Shown here: piece by piece, positions 1-8,918 of the stretch
How positions within the stretch are numbered: the stretch's first letter is position 1
How the letters are laid out: the number at the start of each line of letters is the position of its first letter
Virus record (IMG/VR): IMGVR_UViG_3300027969_000074
Location: 1 to 64,000 of that record
Source of the DNA: a virus
DNA: 64,000 nucleotides
Direction: 5' to 3' (one strand)
The notes under the pieces: model-generated
Told to the model about the DNA's origin: nothing
What the model saw: the letters and a program-made list of their open reading frames with translations, nothing else
Database searches by the model: none
Translations under genes and position numbers: made by a program

Positions 1-34
1 TACAAGGCACTGGTGATCTAACTGTTCAAATCAC

Positions 35-66
35 AAAAAAAAGGGAACCATTAACTGATTCCCTTT
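35..66 (-). terminator. Intrinsic terminator for the 89..397 gene
   Basis: Minus strand reads AAAGGGAATCAGTTAATGGTTCCC-T8: a GGGAA/TTCCC stem followed by a U-tract. Confidence 0.75.
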
Positions 67-88
67 AGGCTGTTGTGAGTTACTAAAC

Positions 89-397
89 TTATGCAACTAC
101 CTTGCGACCGCGTACTTTATCGTACATACGATTCACAATTTTAGTGTTTTGGTGACGGCCGTTTACTACTCCACTTACGTAAGTAGGGGTCACATTCAAT
201 TCAGCAGCAATTACCTGGTTATCTCCACGACGCTTGCGGCTAGTGATGATTTCCAATTTTTGTGGAATTGATAATTTTTTGTAGCTAGCACCTTTACGGC
301 TATTAGTACTACGTGAAACAGTTGCAACTACTGGAGTTGATACTGACTTTGCTGCAACCTTAGTAGCAGACTTTGATGTTGTCTTTGACGTTTTCAT
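89..397 (-). CDS. Small basic DNA-binding protein: Lys/Ser/Thr-rich N-terminal tail plus Cro/XRE-like HTH
   Basis: N-terminus MKTSKTTSKSATKVAAKS; C-terminal IAAELNVTPTYVSGVVNGR fits an HTH pattern. Confidence 0.6.
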   Translation of the reverse strand: MKTSKTTSKSATKVAAKSVSTPVVATVSRSTNSRKGASYKKLSIPQKLEIITSRKRRGDNQVIAAELNVTPTYVSGVVNGRHQNTKIVNRMYDKVRGRKVVA

Positions 398-499
398 CTT
401 TTTTTGGTTTAATTTAAAAAATTATTACTTGAGTTTATAGTACCAACCTTTTTTAAATTTGGTCGACTCTAGATAAATAATCAAAATATCTCTTTAAAA

Positions 500-841
500 A
501 TGGGACAAATTAAACCATTTAATCAATTTATACTCCAGGAATCTGAGGCTAATCTGGATCCAGATGATGATCTTAACCAGTTAAGGGATCTAGGTTTAGC
601 TGACAAAGAACCTTTTGACAACCGTTTAGATAAAATGATTGATGAATGGGGCGGTGATCCTGAAGTTAATGCTGCAATTCGGGTACTAAAGAACAAAACC
701 AATCAGTATATGGATAAATGGATAGACCTTGATAATTTGGAAGATTTAGCTGAATGGGATAGGTATACTGAAAGTCTATCTGACATAAGCGGAAATGACT
801 TAGGTTGGATTGAATTTATCATAGTGGCTGATGTACTTTAA
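500..841 (+). CDS. Acidic hypothetical protein with capsid-targeting-like N-terminus
   Basis: MGQIKPFNQFILQE; ATAAATAA at 473-480. Confidence 0.6.
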   Translation: MGQIKPFNQFILQESEANLDPDDDLNQLRDLGLADKEPFDNRLDKMIDEWGGDPEVNAAIRVLKNKTNQYMDKWIDLDNLEDLAEWDRYTESLSDISGNDLGWIEFIIVADVL

Positions 842-906
842 AACCCTGAAATATCAAATAGTACAAAAGATAAATAATACCTAGAAAATAATTACTCTAT
901 AATATA

Positions 907-2079
907 ATGAAAAATCAATTAATTAAAAGCTATGCCAGTTGGATAAACGAGGCAACTGAAGCTTCTCCTTTATCTACTACTGCTCCAGCAGTTGATGGTA
1001 TAGCATTCATTTCGTCCTCAACTAGTGCATCAAATATTACTGATCAATTAGCTGCAAATATTGGAATAAAAAAGGATATTGTCTATACATTAACAATGCA
1101 AAACATTGCATCATTAAGATTTATTGATACGGACGGTAGTAAATTTGGTGGAGCTGAGGCCAAAACTCGAATCACAATTAATTTAGATTCAACTCAAAAG
1201 ACTGCAAAACCTGGAGACGATATGTTAGAGATCAACGGTCGAAAACTACTTGAAACAGGTACAATCTTTCTTAAAAAGGCTGACCTAACTGGACCAATCA
1301 CAATAACTGCTTCAAATAATGGAATGCTTGCACTCGTTAGATTTGCAAATTCCCAAGCCGATATGGTTACTCGTTTTAAATTTTATCTTGGTAATTGTCA
1401 AAACTTTGTGCTTAAATTTACATTAGGCAATCCAGTAGCTGAAGCTGACGCAAGAGGTTTTAGTTATTATTGGGCAAAACCTGGCCAATTAGGCTCAATT
1501 TCAAATATGATTGCTGCAGCTATTTCAATTAATCTATTAAATGCGCTTGGAGTGCCGGATCATATTGCAAAAAATGACCCAGTAGCAGGTGACTATTTTA
1601 CAAGATACGTTAATGGAAAGGACTCAGCTGCTGCAACTACCGCAATTGCGAATGGTGCGGCTAACTTCGTTAAAGGTAAACGTATGTTAGTCAATAATCC
1701 AATTCCGGATGTTGGTGCTGCCTGGACAGGATTAAGCTCTGCCGATTTTAAAATATTGATTTCGTACAACGAGAAGTCTCAAAAATTCAAGCTTTTACCT
1801 GAAGGTGTAAAACGATTAACCGCAGTATTCACCAAAATAGCAGAGGCAGTTTCTCCAACCAAATCTCCAGTTGAATTTGGAAATGACGGAGCTGCAGTTT
1901 TTGCAGGATATACTGATATTATTAAAAATGGACTTCTGTCTAAAGCTAGCGCCTATAATCTTAATGAATGGTTTGATAGAGTTCAAAGTGTTCAAACTTG
2001 GACAGGAGCCCCAAATGTTCCAGCTGGCGGCGGAACTGGTGGTAAAAAGCAGGGAGAAGGTCAAGTAGGCCGAGGTTAA
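907..2079 (+). CDS. Hypothetical virion-internal protein
   Basis: 390 aa; MKNQLIKSYASWINE leader; ATAAATAA at 870-877. Confidence 0.6.
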   Translation: MKNQLIKSYASWINEATEASPLSTTAPAVDGIAFISSSTSASNITDQLAANIGIKKDIVYTLTMQNIASLRFIDTDGSKFGGAEAKTRITINLDSTQKTAKPGDDMLEINGRKLLETGTIFLKKADLTGPITITASNNGMLALVRFANSQADMVTRFKFYLGNCQNFVLKFTLGNPVAEADARGFSYYWAKPGQLGSISNMIAAAISINLLNALGVPDHIAKNDPVAGDYFTRYVNGKDSAAATTAIANGAANFVKGKRMLVNNPIPDVGAAWTGLSSADFKILISYNEKSQKFKLLPEGVKRLTAVFTKIAEAVSPTKSPVEFGNDGAAVFAGYTDIIKNGLLSKASAYNLNEWFDRVQSVQTWTGAPNVPAGGGTGGKKQGEGQVGRG

Positions 2080-2102
2080 TAAACTAACAAACACTCACAC
2101 AT

Positions 2103-2133
2103 AAAAAAAAGGGACTCTAATGAGTCCCTTTTT
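2103..2133. terminator. Bidirectional intrinsic terminator
   Basis: A8-GGGACTC-TAAT-GAGTCCC-T5 between convergent genes. Confidence 0.85.
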
Positions 2134-2150
2134 GGTTAGGGTTGAGAAGT

Positions 2151-2522
2151 TTAAAAGTAAGAGTTACCGTCTACTAATTCAATATAGGTTAAGCCGCCTT
2201 TAGTGTAAATGTAGTACTTCACAAAAGGAATTGCAGTTTTTCCAACCTTTGCATCACTGCTACCTCCCATGCAAGTTTCATCATTAATTTGATTGCCTGC
2301 AAAAGTGTAAGTTGTATAACTGTAGTTTATTTTCTTATTGTCTAAAGAGTCCATTAACTCCTTTGGGTTATTGATCTTGATTGGAACTTGACCTTGATTG
2401 AAAGTTAAGCAACGGTCTTTAAGAAAGGCAACGGCTTGACGATCTTGTTCAGTTGAATTAGTTTGGGCGTTTGCAACCTGAAAGCTTACAGCGAAAATGA
2501 TTGCGAAGATTAATTTTTTCAT
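2151..2522 (-). CDS. Secreted/periplasmic hypothetical protein
   Basis: Sec signal peptide MKKLIFAIIFAVSFQVANA followed by Gln. Confidence 0.65.
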   Translation of the reverse strand: MKKLIFAIIFAVSFQVANAQTNSTEQDRQAVAFLKDRCLTFNQGQVPIKINNPKELMDSLDNKKINYSYTTYTFAGNQINDETCMGGSSDAKVGKTAIPFVKYYIYTKGGLTYIELVDGNSYF

Positions 2523-2599
2523 AACTTGATAGGTTTATAGTGTTTGTTAAATATATTATACTATTAAACCTAATAAACTTTCCATAATAAATAAAAAAT

Positions 2600-3298
2600 A
2601 TGAAAACTTTTAAATTTTTATCAGTAGCTGTAGTACTTGCTCTACTGCTATGTACTGGCTTTATTAAAGACCCTGCAACAATTAAATTAGAACCTAGTTT
2701 AATTAAGTTAGTGCCTAGTTCAATCAAGTTAGAGCACAAAGGTTACACTGCCTATTATAGTAAAACCCTACACTATCCATTAAAGGTTGAATGGTGGGAT
2801 ACTAAAGCCAGATTAGAGTGTCCAACTACTAAAGTTCCACGTAAGGATCAATTTGCACCGGACCCATTATTGCCAGATGAAACGGACTTAATGGATGATT
2901 ATGTGGGTTCAGGTACTGATCGAGGTCATATGTGCCCAGCCGCAGACAATCAATGTAGTACTGAATTGCAAACTGAGTGTTTTTATTTCTCGAATATGGC
3001 TCCACAGTACCATTCGTTAAATGCTGGAGACTGGAAGAAACTTGAGATGAAAACTAGAGACCTTGCCATACAATACGATTCAGTAATGGTTTGGTGTGGC
3101 TCGACTGGTGAAGCTAAAAAAATAGGCTCAACCTCAGTACCTCTTAAATGTTGGAAGGTTTTATTTGTTAAAAAGACCAAGGTTTGGGAATATTATATTT
3201 TTAATAATACCCCAGACAAACCAGTTGGACTAGATCATTGGAAAGTTACAAAAGCTAAGATTGAGAAATTAACCGGATATACCTTTACCGTTAAGTAA
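2600..3298 (+). CDS. DNA/RNA non-specific endonuclease (NucA/EndA beta-beta-alpha-Me family), exported
   Basis: DRGH motif, FYFSNMAPQ..LN.G.W..LE, N-terminal signal/anchor. Confidence 0.9.
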   Translation: MKTFKFLSVAVVLALLLCTGFIKDPATIKLEPSLIKLVPSSIKLEHKGYTAYYSKTLHYPLKVEWWDTKARLECPTTKVPRKDQFAPDPLLPDETDLMDDYVGSGTDRGHMCPAADNQCSTELQTECFYFSNMAPQYHSLNAGDWKKLEMKTRDLAIQYDSVMVWCGSTGEAKKIGSTSVPLKCWKVLFVKKTKVWEYYIFNNTPDKPVGLDHWKVTKAKIEKLTGYTFTVK

Positions 3299-3389
3299 TA
3301 TAGATCACTCACCAGATCACATTGGCCATCTTTTAATATCCTAGCTAATAGTAACCTAACTTAAATTCTAGGCCGTCTCAGATCACATT

Positions 3390-3414
3390 AAAAAAGCCGG
3401 AATTTCCAGCTTTT
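3390..3414. terminator. Probable bidirectional terminator
   Basis: A6-GCCGGAATTTCCAGC-T4 imperfect hairpin between convergent genes. Confidence 0.55.
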
Positions 3415-3430
3415 AGTGTTTATTAAGATT

Positions 3431-4156
3431 TTATAGTCTGATCCAACCTTTAAACCTCATAACTGCCTCATACAAAGCTTCGCTAAACTTAAATTCTTTT
3501 AAGAAGTCTGGAAAGTCTCTTTTATAACCCGACAAAAGTTCGTTGTACTTATCATTGGTCCATTGCCAATTAAATGTTAAAATATCAGGAGTCTTAAATC
3601 CAAAAAATTTAAGAACTTGTTTTTCTAGATTAACAGCTTCCTTTCCATTCCAGTTATGGCCAATTGCAATTATTCCAGCCTCTTTATCTTTTAATAAATT
3701 AGATTCTCCTAAACTCGTATGTCGATTTTCTAACCAAGTCAATCTTTCAATTAATTGAGTGTATACTGCATTCATTTTGCCCCAACGAATTGACCCAAAA
3801 AATATAATTATATCTGATTCAAAGATTGCATTGGCAACTTTATACATTTCATCTGACTTATTATTAACTGATGCCCAACATCTGATATTTCCAGTTGGAT
3901 TCTTTTTACCGTCAACTAGGTTAGCCGCTTTAACTCCGCAGCCGTTTCCTTTTTTATTTGAAACGTTTCCCTCACATGAAAATATTTTTAGTTTGGAAAC
4001 ATTAATAACTTGACAATTATCAAGTCTAGTAGCCAATTCATCTGCAATAATAGAAGATTTTGGTAATTCTTTCTCGCCTTCCCATCTATTTGAGGTAGTT
4101 AAAAAAACAATTTTTTTGTTTTTTAAATAAGTATATAATGATTTTAATTGATTCAT
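3431..4156 (-). CDS. Flavodoxin-fold / NADPH-dependent FMN reductase-like protein
   Basis: TTSNR...KSS FMN loop; CEGNVS..C..CWAS; D.IIFFGSIRWG; QLIERL. Confidence 0.75.
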   Translation of the reverse strand: MNQLKSLYTYLKNKKIVFLTTSNRWEGEKELPKSSIIADELATRLDNCQVINVSKLKIFSCEGNVSNKKGNGCGVKAANLVDGKKNPTGNIRCWASVNNKSDEMYKVANAIFESDIIIFFGSIRWGKMNAVYTQLIERLTWLENRHTSLGESNLLKDKEAGIIAIGHNWNGKEAVNLEKQVLKFFGFKTPDILTFNWQWTNDKYNELLSGYKRDFPDFLKEFKFSEALYEAVMRFKGWIRL

Positions 4157-4944
4157 TATGTGCTAGGTTTGACTTGAGGTTTCTTAGTAAGACTGGCAAC
4201 CTCTTTTTTAGTTTGATTTGTTGTATTCGTAATTGCAGCAATTGTAGTATTGGTTGCTTTAGCGGTTGCATAATTTTTAGCAGCGGCTTTTAATACAAGT
4301 TCTCCAGTTTCACCAGTTGATCCATGCGCACCTAATTTTAACGGATTAAGTTTTGCTAAAAATTGTAGAAATTTATTAATTGAGGCTGGAATACCCTGAG
4401 TTATTAAGGTACTTATCTTAGTAAGAGCTATTTCAATTGAGCCGAATTTACTTATAACCCATGCGCCTAATTCTGAATTTTTAAATTCTCGAATTTTTTG
4501 ACCAACCCATTTGGCAATATCGCTAACCATTCCAAGCAGAGTTTTAAGTTTAGCTGAAACTTCGGGAGCAGCAGCTTTTGCTAATTTAAAAGCAGTTGGA
4601 TTAGATAGACCCTCAGTAAATGCAGCCATTACAATTTTAATTTCAGCCTTTAGTGCAACTGCCAGTGCTTGAGCTCCACTAATTGCCACAACTGAGGCTA
4701 GAGTTATTAAACCTTGCATATTTAAAGAAACCTTTTCAGCTTCAGTATTTGCAAAACTTGCCTGAATTGAATAGGAAATAGCATGAATTATATCAATAAC
4801 ACTGCCTGATCCTGGAACTACAGTATCTGATATTGCACTAATCACATCAACTCCAAGATGAGCTAAATCGTCCCATTCCCAATCTTCATTAAGTTCACGT
4901 TCTCGATTGTTTGTCCAATCGCTATATTCTAATAAGTACTGCAT
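4156..4944 (-). CDS. Hypothetical virion-internal protein with hydrophobic pre-toxin-like helical segment
   Basis: MQYLLEYSDW...ELNE leader; HLGVDVISAI..VPG.G...D..HA..Y. Confidence 0.5.
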   Translation of the reverse strand: MQYLLEYSDWTNNRERELNEDWEWDDLAHLGVDVISAISDTVVPGSGSVIDIIHAISYSIQASFANTEAEKVSLNMQGLITLASVVAISGAQALAVALKAEIKIVMAAFTEGLSNPTAFKLAKAAAPEVSAKLKTLLGMVSDIAKWVGQKIREFKNSELGAWVISKFGSIEIALTKISTLITQGIPASINKFLQFLAKLNPLKLGAHGSTGETGELVLKAAAKNYATAKATNTTIAAITNTTNQTKKEVASLTKKPQVKPST

Positions 4945-5195
4945 TAAAATCCTTCAACATTAGGTAGCCCGCTGCCCGGTTCAGCGTCATGATTCCGAGG
5001 TTCAAATTCATGATCGGTCATTTGATCTTCTGAATATTCTTCCTCTTCTTCAGGTTCACGATGTTCTTTACAGTCTGAGCAAATTCCGCCTTGCATGATT
5101 GGTGCACCGCAACAATTTGATTTGCCAGTTTCGTATGCATCATATGGATGCCAGCTTTCGTTAAGAAAATCGTTAAAATTCTTTATAATTGACAT
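4944..5195 (-). CDS. Small Zn-ribbon protein with capsid-targeting-like leader
   Basis: MSIIKNFNDFLNE; SNCCGA...CSDCKEH. Confidence 0.6.
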   Translation of the reverse strand: MSIIKNFNDFLNESWHPYDAYETGKSNCCGAPIMQGGICSDCKEHREPEEEEEYSEDQMTDHEFEPRNHDAEPGSGLPNVEGF

Positions 5196-5210
5196 AGTTA
5201 GATAGTTATT

Positions 5211-5654
5211 TTATGGTTCAACGTCTTCATCATCTTCAATACCAAGAGCCATTGAGTTAAATTTATTCCAAGCAGTAATTGCAGCTTTCATTGTTTTATT
5301 AAGCTCAATTAAAGAGGTCTTTAGCTCTTCAACTTTTGTTTTATCAGCTTCTTCAACTGGGTTTTTACGAATGTCTTCTGGAATTTCCAAGAATTCTCCC
5401 TGTTTTTCTTTAAATGCTTTAATTGCTTCTCTGCGCGCTTTATCTAAATTTTGATATTCTTCAATTTCAGACTCAGCTGATACGATTTCTGGCTCAGATG
5501 GAATTTCTGGAGTAGTTGCGGCTGGCGTTTCAGTTGTAACCGGCAAAGCTGCTGCATCCGTTGCTGCAGGTACTTCTGGAGTAGCGGTTGGCACCTGTTC
5601 GTTTGCTTCAACTTTTTCAGATTCTTCAATCCATTGTTGATATTTATGAATCAT
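5211..5654 (-). CDS. Acidic hypothetical virion-internal protein
   Basis: MIHKYQQWIEE; Pro/Ala/Thr linker then predicted coiled coil; late motif at 5672-5679. Confidence 0.6.
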   Translation of the reverse strand: MIHKYQQWIEESEKVEANEQVPTATPEVPAATDAAALPVTTETPAATTPEIPSEPEIVSAESEIEEYQNLDKARREAIKAFKEKQGEFLEIPEDIRKNPVEEADKTKVEELKTSLIELNKTMKAAITAWNKFNSMALGIEDDEDVEP

Positions 5655-5671
5655 TGTTATTGATTTTCTTA

Positions 5672-5698
5672 TTATTTATCTACGCTAGGGATAAATAA
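5672..5698. promoter_or_regulatory. Back-to-back divergent late-type promoters (GATAAATAA)
   Basis: TTATTTAT at 5672-5679 (minus) and ATAAATAA at 5691-5698 (plus); resembles the T4 late promoter TATAAATA. Confidence 0.7.
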
Positions 5699-5704
5699 AA
5701 CAGA

Positions 5705-6508
5705 ATGGCAACGATTGTAAACTTTAATACATGGGTATCTGAAAATATCGAGCATCCAAGACCTCTTAAGCAATTAGGCGATCTTGGTATTAATCGTAAA
5801 TTTGGTAGAAACCCTCATACTGGTGACAAATATGAAACTGAACTGTTTCCAATGTTCCGTAGGTTAAAGCCTAGAATAGCCGCACTACCTAAGAAACCAA
5901 CGCTAGAAGAATGGTTCGCAATGATGCAGAACTCAGATAATCAATTTTATTCAATGGTACAGGCGGATACTCTAGCTCAACCTGATGTACGAGAGTTATG
6001 GAGAGACCTAACCGGTCAACGCGCTTCAAAGATGAAACGCTATAATTTATCAGAAGGAGCAGAGCCTACTGCCTGGAAAAGTAAACTTGATCTAGACTGG
6101 ACGGTTATAGCCCTTTGGCCAGAGGATTCTCTATATAAAGATTGTGCAAAGATTTTTAACTATTTAGGAATTGCATTTGCAGATCTTTCCTCAAAAACTA
6201 TCTATATTGACGGAGTAATAATTGAGAGTCAAAACTTAACAAGTGATCACATACTTGCAATTGAGGCTCACGAAATAGCGCATTTTGAATTGGATCACTC
6301 TGCCTCTAAATACGATAGAGCAAATCAATACGATGAACGTCAAGAAATGGAAGCTGACTGGTTTGGTATTAGACTGCTTAAACTAAAAAATGAAATAAAT
6401 GCAGCTGACCTTTTAGAAGATCGGTATGAACTATATTATAACGAGCCTTCCTCTACTCTTGAAAAGACTGACGATCTTGAGACAATTCTTAATAATTACG
6501 TCAACTAA
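5705..6508 (+). CDS. Zincin metallopeptidase (M48/ImmA-IrrE-like) with capsid-targeting-like leader
   Basis: AHEIAH (HExxH) plus downstream EMEAD; MATIVNFNTWVSE. Confidence 0.7.
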   Translation: MATIVNFNTWVSENIEHPRPLKQLGDLGINRKFGRNPHTGDKYETELFPMFRRLKPRIAALPKKPTLEEWFAMMQNSDNQFYSMVQADTLAQPDVRELWRDLTGQRASKMKRYNLSEGAEPTAWKSKLDLDWTVIALWPEDSLYKDCAKIFNYLGIAFADLSSKTIYIDGVIIESQNLTSDHILAIEAHEIAHFELDHSASKYDRANQYDERQEMEADWFGIRLLKLKNEINAADLLEDRYELYYNEPSSTLEKTDDLETILNNYVN

Positions 6509-6524
6509 AAAAATATAAAATAAA

Positions 6525-6842
6525 ATGAAAATTTCGAAAATCGGAGATGTTAAACGTTTTTCATTTGGTGAAATGACATCAAATGATAATGGCAAAACGT
6601 CAGGTACGTCAGTTGCTGGTCTTTATATTATCTTTATTGGGGGCTTATGCTTTCTATTAGGCTGCATTGACAAACTATGGATTACTAAGTCAATTGATGT
6701 TATTACACAAGCAATAACATTTACCTTAATTGGAGCCACTCTACTTGGTGTTAAAAACGTTATGAATGGTAAAAAACCAGCAGCAACAGATTTAGTAGAG
6801 GCACCGGCTGACTCAACTTCGCCAGAACAACTTAATTCATAA
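6525..6842 (+). CDS. Two-TM membrane protein (holin-like topology)
   Basis: Two hydrophobic stretches and a charged C-terminal tail. Confidence 0.45.
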   Translation: MKISKIGDVKRFSFGEMTSNDNGKTSGTSVAGLYIIFIGGLCFLLGCIDKLWITKSIDVITQAITFTLIGATLLGVKNVMNGKKPAATDLVEAPADSTSPEQLNS

Positions 6843-6857
6843 TTAAAGTTAACTTAA

Positions 6858-6888
6858 CAAAAAATAGCCCTAATAGGGCTATTTTTTT
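6858..6888. terminator. Bidirectional intrinsic terminator
   Basis: A7-TAGCCCTA-A-TAGGGCTA-T7 perfect inverted repeat between convergent genes. Confidence 0.85.
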
Positions 6889-6890
6889 GC

Positions 6891-7106
6891 TTAGTCGATA
6901 TCGTCTTGTCGACCATTTGTTATTTCCTTATAGTATTCCCAAAGTTCTTGGCAACCCTCATAATTTTCTTTATATTCTAAATATCCAATAACGGCAAGAA
7001 CCTCCTTCCAATAGCTTGAGGTAACACCTTTACGGTCAATATCTTTATACTTCTTGATCCATAGTTCTTCGTTTTCTATATAATCTCGCACCATCTTCAT
7101 ACTCAA
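6891..7106 (-). CDS. Small hypothetical protein with UVR-like ENYE.C motif
   Basis: YLEYKENYEGCQELW; overlaps the HDAC 3' end. Confidence 0.45.
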   Translation of the reverse strand: MSMKMVRDYIENEELWIKKYKDIDRKGVTSSYWKEVLAVIGYLEYKENYEGCQELWEYYKEITNGRQDDID

Positions 7107-8052
7107 TTTTTCGACGAGGACTTACCTCTATAGTATATTTAACGTCGACCTCAAGTAATTCTTTAAGGCACTCAACAAAATCGCTGGTATGTAAACTTAA
7201 GACTGAATTATAGTCATCTTCGCGATATCCACCAAATAGAGCACATGATATAGGTAATGGTCTTCCTAATAATCTATCCATTTCTTTTACCCATTTCCAA
7301 AAAAGAGTTGAACATGCAATCCAGTGGTCAGTATCACATTGCCTTCCTAAATTATCATCTGCATGTGAATCTGCACCATGACACCAAACTACATATTGAA
7401 TTTTATCGGTAAGGATAGCATGTTTTAATCGCTCTAACCATTTTGCAAGATCGGCTAAGTAATCTGAATCATAACCCTGTGGATTAATATTAAAATCTAA
7501 TGGAACTGCTTTATTTAAGTTTTTACAAAATGCACGACTGTCTTCAATTGAATTTCCAAAATGACCGTCTAAATCAAGATAGGCTCCACTAAACGCAAAT
7601 TCATTATAGATTTTAAGTGATGCAATTACTTGACCACTAAATGTACAAAAACCGCTTCCGCCGCTTGGCCTAGCATGGTGGAATCCACTAGTTGGACTGA
7701 AACTAACCTGGTTTGGATTAACTATTGAATTCCTGATTGCTGAGTATAGGGATGAATTTGTGTATCTAATTGATTCAGCAAACTGTTTTGACCAGGCTAA
7801 TGAATTTGAATTGCACAAACCTGTCCCATTAAAAAAATCGTCCACATAACTTTTATGATGAGCCATTCTAAAATCAGTTTTAGTAAATGGCCTAAAATCA
7901 TCAGTTATTGAAAAATTTCCAAGAAGTTTTTTCTGTTTTAAATATGCCAAAAGAAGTTTAGGTTTTAATGGAGACTTGCTATAATTAGAAGTCTTGTCAT
8001 TTTCCAAAACCTGTTTTGGCGTATAAAAAGTTTTTATTTTCTTTGATCTCAT
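7045..8052 (-). CDS. Zn-dependent histone deacetylase-family (HDAC/AcuC-like) amidohydrolase
   Basis: GFHHA, GFC, DLDGHFGN, GADSH..D.LG and GGY motifs. Likely start is ATG 8052 (MRSKK), just after a TGGTATATT element, rather than 8097. Confidence 0.88.
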   Translation of the reverse strand: MRSKKIKTFYTPKQVLENDKTSNYSKSPLKPKLLLAYLKQKKLLGNFSITDDFRPFTKTDFRMAHHKSYVDDFFNGTGLCNSNSLAWSKQFAESIRYTNSSLYSAIRNSIVNPNQVSFSPTSGFHHARPSGGSGFCTFSGQVIASLKIYNEFAFSGAYLDLDGHFGNSIEDSRAFCKNLNKAVPLDFNINPQGYDSDYLADLAKWLERLKHAILTDKIQYVVWCHGADSHADDNLGRQCDTDHWIACSTLFWKWVKEMDRLLGRPLPISCALFGGYREDDYNSVLSLHTSDFVECLKELLEVDVKYTIEVSPRRKIEYEDGARLYRKRRTMDQEV

Positions 8053-8109
8053 ACTTAATATAATATACCATAAAAGCTTAGAGGCTTTCAACCGCATGTT
8101 ATATTACCA

Positions 8110-8835
8110 TTAATCTAAATCAGTTGGTTCATCCTTGAAAAATTTATCCAGTTTATCAAGATGATCAAATAGTTCAGCTGGGCCGATTGGATTAGCGGTT
8201 AAGTCAGACTTTTTAATTATATCAGTGGTAAAGCTATAAAGAACAAGTTCGCTTAATACAGTTCTCATAAAATCAAAGAAAGTCCAATCAGTTATTCCAC
8301 TAAATATTGCATCATCATTACGGGAGTCATCATCATAATATTCCAAAAAATCATCAATAACAATTTGGGTATTTAGCAATTGGTCAATTGTTATATCGTA
8401 AATGCTGTGCAACTCATCTTCTGCACCATCATCTTCTTCGTCAATCATCTCCAGGGCAAGTAGTGCTGGAAATGTGTATATTTTTGAGTCATCAACATCC
8501 GGCACTGGTTTTACTTGACCCATCCATAATAGGCAAATCGCGTCTATTTTAAGATCATGCGGTTCAGCCGGTCGACTTAATAATTCAGTAAATAGGTCTT
8601 CAACTTGAACGCCATTAAGATATGCAAGAAACACAAAATTTAATTGTTCAGCATATGGAGTTAAATTATTAATTATGTCCTTTAGCTTAACATTTTTTTC
8701 TATATGAACGTCGTACGGTAAGTACCACGTGATAGGTAAACTTGTATCAGCCATATTTCGGTCTATCCATTTTTCAGAAGTTTCATCCCAAAATGAAATT
8801 AGGATAGCTTGTTTAGTAAATGTGAGTTTCTGCAT
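8110..8835 (-). CDS. Acidic hypothetical protein
   Basis: 241-aa ORF with no recognisable motif. Confidence 0.55.
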   Translation of the reverse strand: MQKLTFTKQAILISFWDETSEKWIDRNMADTSLPITWYLPYDVHIEKNVKLKDIINNLTPYAEQLNFVFLAYLNGVQVEDLFTELLSRPAEPHDLKIDAICLLWMGQVKPVPDVDDSKIYTFPALLALEMIDEEDDGAEDELHSIYDITIDQLLNTQIVIDDFLEYYDDDSRNDDAIFSGITDWTFFDFMRTVLSELVLYSFTTDIIKKSDLTANPIGPAELFDHLDKLDKFFKDEPTDLD

Positions 8836-8918
8836 GATCTAGATCTTTTTAAGTATTCTACTATGGTTATCTAACCGGATTCAAGAATAAATAACTAAAA
8901 AGTATTTTTTATATAATT

